Assembly (NCBI GenBank): GCA_951406725.2
Contig: OX597818.1
Span: 31,496,001 to 31,560,000, forward strand
Length of the DNA: 64,000 nucleotides
Direction of reading: 5' to 3'
Source: Octopus vulgaris
Lineage: Eukaryota
Part shown: one piece after another, positions 53,642 to 64,000 of the stretch
How the letters are laid out: each line of letters begins with the position of its first letter
How positions within the stretch are numbered: the first letter of the stretch is position 1
Program-made: the position numbers and the translations under genes
Notes under the pieces: model-generated
Databases searched by the model: none
Told to the model about the DNA's origin: nothing
Seen by the model: only the letters and a program-made list of their open reading frames with translations

Positions 53642-53751
53642 GATTTATTACATTTGCTACTGGGGCAAAGGATGAAGGGTTCAATATAACGACAAGCATA
53701 AAATGTTGGGGTTTACATATAATGAAGTGACAAAAAAAAAAATGTATATAT

Positions 53752-54012
53752 ATGTGAGGTATATTTGCCATCTCGATATGGCTAACCACTAAGGGTGGGT
53801 GTTACATGTAGCTTGTAGCCCCAGTAGAACATCTCCTCCAGCTGGCTTTAGGCACACTTTCTTTCTTTCTAAAGCCAGCTGGAGGAGATGTTCTCCTGGG
53901 GCTACAAACTACAGTAAAACCCACCCTTAGGGGTTAGCCATATTGAGATGGCAAATATACCTCACATTGTCGTGCAGGTACTGTTTATACCTCGTTCAGA
54001 GATTTATTATTG
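53752..54012 (+). mobile_element. Fold-back element, family G
   Basis: Arms 53752-53851 / 53869-53967 with about 6 differences; the tail at 53968-54012 matches 28518-28562. Confidence 0.85.
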
Positions 54013-54025
54013 AATGTACATATAC

Positions 54026-54113
<88 letters not shown>

Positions 54114-54289
54114 ATAAAGTATAAATATATACAATAAAACAAATAGTAAGAAGAAAGAAGGGACAAAATGATAAGAATAATAATAGCTCTGATGCAGCAC
54201 ATATTTATGAAGTGGCGTGCATGCCAACTTGTAATTATAATTTTAGAATTAGAAGTTTCCTTCCGGATTTAATGAATCCTATCTTCTCG

Positions 54290-54550
54290 GCATTAGTTCT
54301 GTCGCAGTTAGTTGCATAGCCAAGCGCATCAATGATCTTTAGATATAAATCTAAAGTTACAATTCAAGTAGCAGAATTTCGTCTGACTTTACGTTCCGGG
54401 ATCAAAATTCGTCTGTCTTTACGTTCTGGGGTCAACTTTGCCTTTCATCCTCTTGTAGTCGATAAAATAAAAACCAGTAGAGAACTGGGGTCAGTGTAAT
54501 CGACCTACCCATTCTCTCGAAATAACTGGCCTTGTGCCAAAATTTGAAAA
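54290..54550 (+). mobile_element. SINE family D with a 30-bp internal duplication
   Basis: TTCGTCTG.CTTTACGTTC occurs twice, then CTTTGCCTTTCATCC...GGCCTTGTGCCAAAATTTGAAA. Confidence 0.7.
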
Positions 54551-54867
54551 AAATACTACGTTAGTGTCTGTTGAACTATGAACGGTTTTCGACTGTACAC
54601 ACCTTCAGTTGGTTGCACATGATTTTCTGGTCTACTGTGCCTGCATTTTCCAGCGGTTTTGACAGAGAGCTTCCAACAATGCTCTTTTATACTGTGAATA
54701 GACTCTCATTCCGATTCTCTACAGCATTGAAGCTTGTATTGCCATCTTCAGAACACTATTTATTCTTACAGATTGCATCGTATAATGATTTGGACACTAC
54801 ACAATCACCTATAGATAGTATGTTTACATATCTTTAAGTGTGTGTATTTATATCGCATACTAAATGT

Positions 54868-54918
<51 letters not shown>

Positions 54919-55019
54919 AATCCATTTAGTATGCGATACACACACACACACACACACATATATATGTGTGCGTGTGTATATATACATATATATATAATAT
55001 TCACATACACGTACACATG

Positions 55020-55053
<34 letters not shown>

Positions 55054-55105
55054 GTGTGTGTGTGTGTTACGTAAATATTTATGAATATACATACATATAT
55101 ACATA

Positions 55106-55149
<44 letters not shown>

Positions 55150-55379
55150 TCCGTGTGTAAGTACGTACCTATTTGATTGTATGTGTATCAATGCAGAAAA
55201 ATGCAAGAGGAAGTGAGTGGCAATAAGACAACATAAACAAAAAAAAAAAGAAGTTTATTACGGAGGAAAAGATACAAGGAGACGAAGAAAGAAATAATAA
55301 ACTAGAGCAAGAAAAAGAAACATCAGACAAAACTGATAGGAAGTTTATAAAGTGGAGAATCCTCAAAAGATGAGGAATC

Positions 55380-56040
55380 AAAGAGTCTTTGCGTGACCGC
55401 CCGAAATGACCATAAATATTATATATAATATTATTCTGCCACCATGATACGGCTTCGAAATCCAATGGCTCTGGTGTCAACCAGTTTAGATTAAAGCCAA
55501 CATAAACATGCATGAAAAGATTCACACCAGAAGCTGTAAGTAACAGACTTACGACAGGCAATAACGCTAAATCAGCTGACCGAATGTTAGTTTTCCCCTC
55601 CGATTGCCCCCACATTGTCCATCGACGAAGAGCGCAATTCTGTTTCTTTTCATTATTCCTGTAGCTCGAAAACTCCCTCGGTTTCGTTCGCTTACAATTC
55701 TGTTTCTCGCGTCTTCGTCTTTCTTTTACTTATTTTTATTCGTCTATCGCCTTCCAACTTCACATTCTTCTCAGAACTGACCGACCGATCAAACGAAAGA
55801 AAGCACTTCGCCTCTAACGCCGCCACGAACATGAGCACCGCCTGACATCAGCCACCAACCAACACCAACCACCAATCACCAACCACCGCCACCGCCGCCG
55901 CCTGGCCGTTGTTCTACTTGAATGAATCCTTACGACATATTCGGTAGCAGAAAAGCCGTAAAGAAAGACTTTTCTGTCAAGACATCGAAACTGAAAGTCC
56001 GCTCCAGTTTCCGACTGGCTATCTACTTCATTACAATGAT
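55380..56040 (-). promoter_or_regulatory. CpG-rich unique island; candidate promoter or non-coding first exon
   Basis: High CpG density with no homology to repeats in the window. Minus-strand TCAGTT initiator-like motifs and a GTC|GTAAGT donor at ~55552. Confidence 0.35.
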
Positions 56041-56112
56041 GGAAAAGAAATAGTATATGTATGTATATATATTTATATATAGCCATACATATGCACATAC
56101 ACACATAATATA

Positions 56113-56172
<60 letters not shown>

Positions 56173-56235
56173 GTACATACATATCTACTTACTTACCTAC
56201 ATACATGCATGTATGTATGTATATCTATCTATCTA

Positions 56236-56314
<79 letters not shown>

Positions 56315-56550
56315 TATATTATGTTTGTATGTGTATATGTATGTGTATATGGACATATTTATATATACATTATACATATACTCATTTGTACATATATATA
56401 TTTGATATGCACACTCACATATGCATACATGCGATCTATATGCAGATACGAATATTAAGTGTGAACTACATCATCATCTCGGTATATGTGCAGTTCTGTG
56501 GGTGAACATTCCGAATTGATGCTTACATCTTGCAGTTTATATAGTCTCAT

Positions 56551-56601
<51 letters not shown>

Positions 56602-57144
56602 AATACACACACATATATATATATATATAAATATAAATATAAATTTATAGAAATATTTATATTTATATATGCATGTATGCATTTGCAATTGTTTATCTAT
56701 ACGCACATTACTGCGCATCAACAATCTCAGACGCACGCGTATGATTGCCTACTAGTTAATTCGTGTGTAAGTTGTGTAATGAAAACTTGATTTAAAGTGT
56801 TTATTCATGGCTTATGACCTCATAACTAGTCAAATTTCATGAAGGACAATGTATATCAGCCTTTGTCAAAAGAAGCGAGTTTGAATAACCAAAAATGCTA
56901 TATTACTTTACAGTGCAATCTAGTTACAAGGCGTTGGATAATACGGAGTTATCTTTCCGGCTCCATTAGCCGGTTCGAAACCAGCCAATGTAAAATGAAG
57001 ATATACCGTATCTTATATTCTCGTATGTTTATTCATTTCATATTTATTTACAGTTAAATATAAACAATGATATTCTCTTGAGCATATACGCAAGTATAAA
57101 TACATGTATTAAAAAATACACACACATACAGCCTCACAAGCGCG

Positions 57145-57176
<32 letters not shown>

Positions 57177-57177
<1 letters not shown>

Positions 57178-58759
57178 TAGCTGACGTACCCGGGAATTCC
57201 CGGGAAAGCGCGGTTTATCCCTTGGTTCTATTCTCATAATCCAATAATAGAAATACAAAGTATGTAGCCCTTAAAACGGTTTTTGTGTATTTACAGAGAA
57301 TACCGAACTGTATTACTCAGGATCTTATTTTTAGAAATTCCCAATAAGTTAGGTATACCCAAATTGTGAAATCGGTTATGTAATAACATGATATTAGTCA
57401 CACGATAGTAAGAATTCAAATAAAGTAGGTCTGAAAAGGGCTTTAATGCGTTCCCAGAGTATATTGAACTTGGGAGGAAACACTAATAGGTTATGTATTA
57501 AAAAACCGTGAGGTATGTTACATAATAACAGGCTAATCACATATGTGATAATAATAATTGAAAGTAAAAAACTTTGAAAAGGTCTTTTGTGCATTCCCAG
57601 AGAATATTACCCTCAGGGGCGCTAGTGTTGGTATATTCGTAAATAAGTCACTAACCGAAAGAAGTGGATCTATTGTTTAGGATAATACTATTTACTTGTG
57701 TAAAAGTTGTGCTGGATAAATTGCCAAAATATATCGTTCCCAGAGTATATAGAACTTAGGAGGAAATACTTATAAGGTATGTATACTAAAATCGTGAAGC
57801 ATGTTACGTAATAAACAGGCTAATCATATATGAGATGATAACAATTCAAAGTAAATAACTGTATGTGGTGTGGAAGTTTGTTTTCATATTTTAATAATTT
57901 TAAGCATTCAAAGTATGCGTTCATTGTATTGGAAGACACTTATTAAATAAGTTCTGGAATCAAACATTTATTTACTATCATCGAAAAATTTTAACTGGAA
58001 AAATGCAGAATTATTGAAGTTATGGACATTCAAAGTATAATGAAATTTAATTGAAAGCCCTGCATGCATTGCCAGCATTTAGTTATTTGGAAATGTTGAA
58101 AAAATGTGTATTAATGCAATGTGTAAATTAATTACAGCAATATGTATATAACTGTTTAGATATTAAATTGGAATAGACGTTCATCAAAATGTTGTATGAA
58201 CTGTAAATAAGTAATAAATATTATGATTTATAAAATAAGTATAACTGATACATAGTGTTGCAAGTCAATGTAGTGTGGGAGTTTGGTTTCATTTTTTTAA
58301 GAATTTTAAGCATTCAAAGTATGAGTTCATTGTACTGGGACAAACTTATGAAATGCGTTGTGGAATGAAAAATTTATCTGCTATCATCGAAAAATTTTAA
58401 ATGGAAAATGTAGAATTGTCGGTGTTATGGGTATTCAGTGAAATTGAAAACATGCATGCATTGCCAGAATTAGAATAGACGTGCAGGTGCTATGGATTAT
58501 TTCCCTTGAGTGTTTAAAAAAATATTATGCAGGTGGTATGGGTTATTTCCCTTGGGTGTTTTAAAAAATATTACTTAGATATAAAGATCCGTTCCAGGGA
58601 GTGTATTATCAAATATTTCAGTAATCTAAGTATGCTACGAGGTCACCAGACATGATTTTTACTCACGTGTCAAGTTTCATGAAAATCAATAAAATGATGT
58701 AGGAGTTAGCTAACAACACCACAAACAAACTCACACTGATTTTCCACATATGTAGTGTA
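57177..58759 (-). mobile_element. Non-autonomous Helitron-like element
   Basis: Minus 3' end has the palindrome CCCGGGAATTCCCGGG (57189-57204), then 8 nt, then CTAA|T. No TSD or TIR. Internal duplicated blocks at 57449/57736, 57864/58268 and 58481/58528. Confidence 0.7.
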
Positions 58760-58842
<83 letters not shown>

Positions 58843-59042
58843 ATATATATATATAACAAGCAAAAATGCTAGTTCTAAGATATTTCCAAGAGATCACCAT
58901 AATAGTTGTACTAATAAGAAATGTTCGTACCCACTTTAACATAGCTATGCAGTCAAACGGATTTACTGCGATTTTTTAATCCCAAGGGGACATTTTCTTT
59001 GGCTGGTTAACGATGCACAATTGCATCCATGATAATGTGAGA

Positions 59043-59100
<58 letters not shown>

Positions 59101-59104
<4 letters not shown>

Positions 59105-59424
59105 GTACGTTTAAATATTTGTAATGCAAGATTTTTTATGTGAAGTCGTGTGTTGAAACAGATATTGTTATATTTCGGAATGGTCATTTTGCCAGTTTAG
59201 CCAATAAAATGGCTGACGGTTAGTAAGGAAAGACACAAATAAGAAAGAAGAAAACAAGGACCACTGATGCGGTCACAGGAGTGTGACGAAAGAACTCTGG
59301 CCGAAATAAGATTAAGATTAATGTAAAAAATAAATAACACTGAAGCAAAGTAACACCAAATATATAGTGCGTGTGTTTTTATTGGCTAAACTGGCAAAAT
59401 GACCATTCCGAAATATAACAATAT
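59101..59424. mobile_element. Fold-back Penelope-like terminus with hammerhead-like motif, in (TA)n
   Basis: Perfect 48-bp arms 59162-59209 / 59377-59424, tail 59101-59161, motif at 59261-59300. Confidence 0.75.
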
Positions 59425-59427
59425 ATA

Positions 59428-59497
<70 letters not shown>

Positions 59498-59507
59498 TAC
59501 ATATATA

Positions 59508-59727
59508 CCATAATCCCTCGACTATCGTGGGTGTTACGTTCCAAAACCCCGAATGATAGCTAAAAACCGCGAAGTAGAAATAGTACTGTACTGCATATTT
59601 TTTTATTATTTCTATAATTTGTATGTATTTATTTTATAATAAATGTAAAAGAAGACTACAGAGGAATCGACGTAATCTTAAATAATAAACCGCCATAGGT
59701 GAACCGCGATATGGCGAGGGATTACTG
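59508..59727. mobile_element. Tigger/pogo-like MITE
   Basis: TIRs CCATAATCCCTCGACTATCGTGG / CCGCGATATGGCGAGGGATTACTG with TA on both sides. Confidence 0.75.
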
Positions 59728-59792
<65 letters not shown>

Positions 59793-60230
59793 ATGTATAA
59801 ATTGTAGAAGTACCTTAAATAAACATTCACTGTTCTAAATAAATAAAGAGTAGGCACATGAACTAATATTTTGTAATATAATTTGACCAACCTCGAGCGA
59901 ATATGAAGAGAACAACCAAGGTTGGTCACTCCAATATTAAAGCTGCCATTCGATCTTTTTCGAAAATATAATCGATGCAGATGCTTGAGGGCCTTGTCTA
60001 TAAAGCCGGTAGGTGAGTTACAGATATCTTTCCATTTTATTAAACCTGCCCAACAACGCTACTAGCATTACTTTGCTTAGTTCATAACATAAACGTCCAC
60101 ACACACATGCAAATGTGTACAAACACACTTATACATACAAACACAAACACTCACACACACACGTAACGTATGCATATATATAAATATATATATAAGTACA
60201 TGCATACATACATACATACATCCATACATA

Positions 60231-60271
<41 letters not shown>

Positions 60272-60442
60272 TCATACATATATAGACGGTCAAGTCGTGG
60301 AAATTACCGCAATATCAGCGCCAAGTATTGTTTAGGCATAAGCAAAATTTAGGTAACTTTAAATATGCTAAAAGGCAAATTCACTGCAGGTAGTATAGAG
60401 AAAATTTTCACCTCTGGTAATGAGATGTAAACACACACACAG

Positions 60443-60525
<83 letters not shown>

Positions 60526-61396
60526 AACCTGTACACAACGTAGTTCAGAAGGAACATTTGCAAAGTGGGGGGGGACATTATTATATTAATTCTGATTTAC
60601 CTAACAAATCTATGTCCATACTCAGCTAAATATTTCTATTTAACCATGTATAAGATTTTAGGCACTCCTTGACTGAATTACGCTCTGAGCAGAGGCCCTA
60701 TGCGACAGAAGCCTGTATGGGGCTGTAACCCTAGCAGTTAGAGTTCAAACTTACTATTCACCGACCAGATAGTGACTCTCTGGTTGGTTCATGAAAAAAT
60801 AAAAAAACAAAACAAAAACTGTGGTTAAATACCACGCTTTCTAATTTCTAATGATAGGGAGCTATATAGACAATCCAACAGAATTATCTTCTCTTCATGA
60901 CACCCAAATCATTAGCATTACGTATTAAATCTTATGTATTTCATTGAACTACTTTTTTTCTAACACAGTCAGTCATGACCACTATAAACCCATTATTTTC
61001 CGCTCTTGTTTTCACAAAATATAGACTATCCTTACTCTATCTTATGTGTTACATTACTCTATGCTTTATCGCAGTTCTTTTACTTTCGGACTTCTTTATG
61101 TTTAATTGATATCAATGTTGTTTATCAATTTCCATTTAGCAACGGAAATTGCTTAGGTCTGTCTATAAAGATCCTTACACTGTCTAGACATTCACCAGCT
61201 ATTTTAGGGCGTCTGCCCTTGATGGTGGAGTAACATGCGAATGTCTAGACATAGAGATACACAAGTGGACAGATAGGACATATACATCTTTCTATCCTCT
61301 ATCCTTCCCACGTTGTCCCTGTTTTCTCTTTATCTACTTGGTGTTTGCCTGATCTACATCTGATTCTATTTGTATGTATCTTCCTTTCATCCTCTC

Positions 61397-61553
61397 TGCG
61401 TGTCTGTGTTTGCCCCCCCAACTTTGCTTGACAACCAATGCTGGTGTGTTTGCGTCCTTGTAACTTAGCAGTTCGGCAAAAGAGACCGATAGAATACGTA
61501 CTAGGCTTCCAAAGAATAAGTCCTGGGGTCGATTTGCTCGACTAAAGGCGGTG
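61397..61553 (+). mobile_element. SINE family A 3' fragment
   Basis: GCTTGACAACCAATGCTGGTGTGTT...CGACTAAAGGCGGTG. Confidence 0.85.
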
Positions 61554-61892
61554 TGTGTTCTCTCCCCATTTCTTTCACATAGTTTCTACATTAAAACATA
61601 ACTATAACTACAATCATTGTCTCTTGAGTAAAATATATCCCTATTATTTGCCTTAGTCAAAATCACAATAGAAGCAACCATGCCCACTAGGTAGAATTAT
61701 TGCAAGAGTTTCCTTGGGTTATCGTATGAAAGCATGGCAAACCATAGTGAAAACGTAGCGTCCAGAAGTTGAGTTAAATTTAGAACTTTATGATTGGGCA
61801 ACAGAGAGTTTATAACGTAAAATAATATACATGATATGAAGCTTCCTTATATGTAGCCCTGTTGCACTGTTTTCTACTATAATGGTTCTCAC

Positions 61893-62087
61893 CTGGCAGA
61901 AACGTTAGCACGCCGCGCGAAATGCGTGGCCTTATTTCGTCTGCCGTTACGTTCCGGGTTCAAATTCCGCCGAGGTCGATAAATTAAGTACCAGTTTCGC
62001 ACTGGGGTCGATGTAATCGACTCAATCCGTTTGTCTGTCCTTGTTTGTCCCCTCTATGTTTAGCCCCTTGTGGGTAGTAAAGAAATA
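61893..62087 (+). mobile_element. SINE family D with an internal deletion
   Basis: CTGGCAGAAACGTTAGCACGCC...GGTCGA[deletion]TAAATTAAGTACC...CCCCTTGTGGGTAGTAAAGAAATA. Confidence 0.85.
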
Positions 62088-62711
62088 TATCTAACAGGAA
62101 ACTGAGTGGGTGAGCAGCCGCATGCCAATATGTGGAGTCTTTATTTGAATTGTGAGTTTTATTTGAATTATGATTTTGACTTAAACAAAATAAACATTTT
62201 CTTTCTGTTTCCATAGACGCTTTAGTAAGACAGAGGAATTTCTTTCTGTCAAATACTAGACTCAACGAGTAAACAGCTGACGCTGGAGGTGGTTGATCAA
62301 TAATGATAATTTAAATAAACAGGAAAGGAAAATAATAAAGAAATTTAATGATTCAGTGCAATATTTGCAGTATTGCATGAAGTTAATCTGTTCATGCTTT
62401 CATAAATGTCTCATAATAGTTTTGGATTAATCTCCAGGATATAATTGTTTATGAGAACGATACTTTTATCATGTAATAAGAATTAGTTACTGTGAAAATG
62501 TCAAGTGTGTCAATTATTTAACCGACATGAATTAACTTAGAATAGGATTTCACTACAAGAATATATAATCACCTCAACGACATGAAGCAGACCAATCATC
62601 ACGAAGCATTCAAGACGCAATCTCATCGTCTTTCGGAATACATGATCTAATATGTTCTTACTAAATTCTATGCCCAAAATAAACATACATATGTAAATAT
62701 ATATATATATC

Positions 62712-62903
62712 GGTCTTTCAATATGTGACCTTGTGAGTACCGCTGGCTGTTTTTTTTCCTCTGTCTTCCCTTCTCGGGATCTTTCCTTCTCCTATGTTTC
62801 CGACGAAGAGCTCCGCTTTCCTGAGCGTCCAATAATACTTTATTTGTTCCACGTCCTCGCGTTGTTGTGTTTTTTTTTTTTTTTTGTTTTCTTGTTTGGA
62901 TTA

Positions 62904-62910
<7 letters not shown>
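62712..62910 (+). mobile_element. Penelope-like terminal fragment with half hammerhead
   Basis: Between (TA)n tracts. GTTT-CCGACGA-A-GAGC-TCC-GCT at 62796-62817, with GAAA missing. Confidence 0.45.
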
Positions 62911-62943
<33 letters not shown>

Positions 62944-63168
62944 TTATAAGTATATGAACGACTAGTTAACAAATATCCTTTATTCTCGTTCAACTCCATT
63001 CTTTCATATACTTATAATTTTAAAATAAGCATACAAATTTCCGCACGAAGACACGTAGTCTATGCCCTAGGGACGTAGCTTCAACCGTGTTCTTTCTGAT
63101 GTGAATTTGCTACCCAGGTATCGGTTATCTTTCGAATTATCCTTAATAAGATAATTCATTCAACTACT

Positions 63169-63250
<82 letters not shown>

Positions 63251-63280
63251 CATACATACATACATACATACATACATACA

Positions 63281-63316
<36 letters not shown>

Positions 63317-63489
63317 CATATACATATATATAAGAGGAATAACCACCAATGTGGATTCCTAATATGCTAGAAAAATCCACCTTGGTGGTTATATAGGTAA
63401 TATAATTCATAGTCTTCTCATTTTTTTAAGTATGCTAGGCCATTGGTTTAAATTGATATTAATTTCTACCCTCATTATTAAACTTTTAT

Positions 63490-63533
<44 letters not shown>

Positions 63534-63546
63534 GTGTGTGTCTGTG

Positions 63547-63606
<60 letters not shown>

Positions 63607-63608
63607 CT

Positions 63609-64000
63609 AAAAGAGGCCGAGGAAGGGCGAATGGCACCGCGAGTGTCGCGTTGCTCTCAAGCAACTCTGCCGTCCCGGGTCGACATTGAGTGACTCCAAC
63701 ACAACCCAAGCATTCTATAAGGGATTAGTGGAGGGGAGGTACGACGAGCTTCGGGCGAACCTGGACGTCGACGAGGAATGCCTGACCCGCCTGTCCAGGA
63801 CGACTTTCGGGCCAGGGCCCATGGCCTGGCAGTGCTACCGAGAAGCGCTACCCGTTCGAGATAAGCTCTACAGACACGGCTCGAGAAACACGGGGCCGAC
63901 CTGCCCGAGATGCGGTCAGAGCAACGAAACCGTTCTGCACGCTATCGTGAAGTGTCCAACAATTTCCGATTGTGGGCTTATGTCGAATGACTGCTGTCAC
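63609..64000 (+). mobile_element. Tx1/L1-clade LINE ORF2 C-terminal region (zinc finger), running off the window
   Basis: WHRECRVALKQLC...AFYKGLVEG / AWQCYREALPVRDKLYRHG...CPRCGQSNETVLHAIVKC (CCHC). Begins directly after (CTAT)n. Confidence 0.88.

Noticed and set aside
55169-55615. 148-aa ORF as a real CDS
   Set aside because: No recognisable domain, and it runs into low-complexity sequence; only the first ~21 codons precede the candidate donor.

Overview
AT-rich, repeat-saturated animal genomic DNA. The SINE repertoire and extreme (TA)n/(CA)n/(TAA)n/(TATC)n density look like an octopus (coleoid cephalopod) intron or intergenic region; this is an inference. No intact host protein-coding gene is visible, and almost all ORF-track entries are microsatellite or SINE read-throughs. 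Real coding remnants are all transposon-derived: a Penelope-like GIY-YIG endonuclease, several R4/Dong-type RLE C-termini, Tx1/L1-clade RT and zinc-finger pieces, CR1-like and RTE-like fragments, and mariner and Tc1 transposases. Non-coding elements include several tRNA-headed SINE families (many with TSDs), a GG..CC MITE with 8-bp TSD carrying (TTAGGG)n, a Tigger-like MITE, a Helitron-like element and a (TAA)n-targeting non-coding element. The most striking pattern is about ten short fold-back (head-to-head inverted) insertions, mostly inside (TA)n tracts. Most have a one-sided 36-75 nt tail and several carry minimal or variant hammerhead-ribozyme motifs, the architecture of non-autonomous Penelope-like retroelements. 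Also notable: a perfect 236-bp palindrome, a SINE trimer inside one 17-bp TSD, and a CpG-rich candidate first exon near 55.4-56.0 kb.
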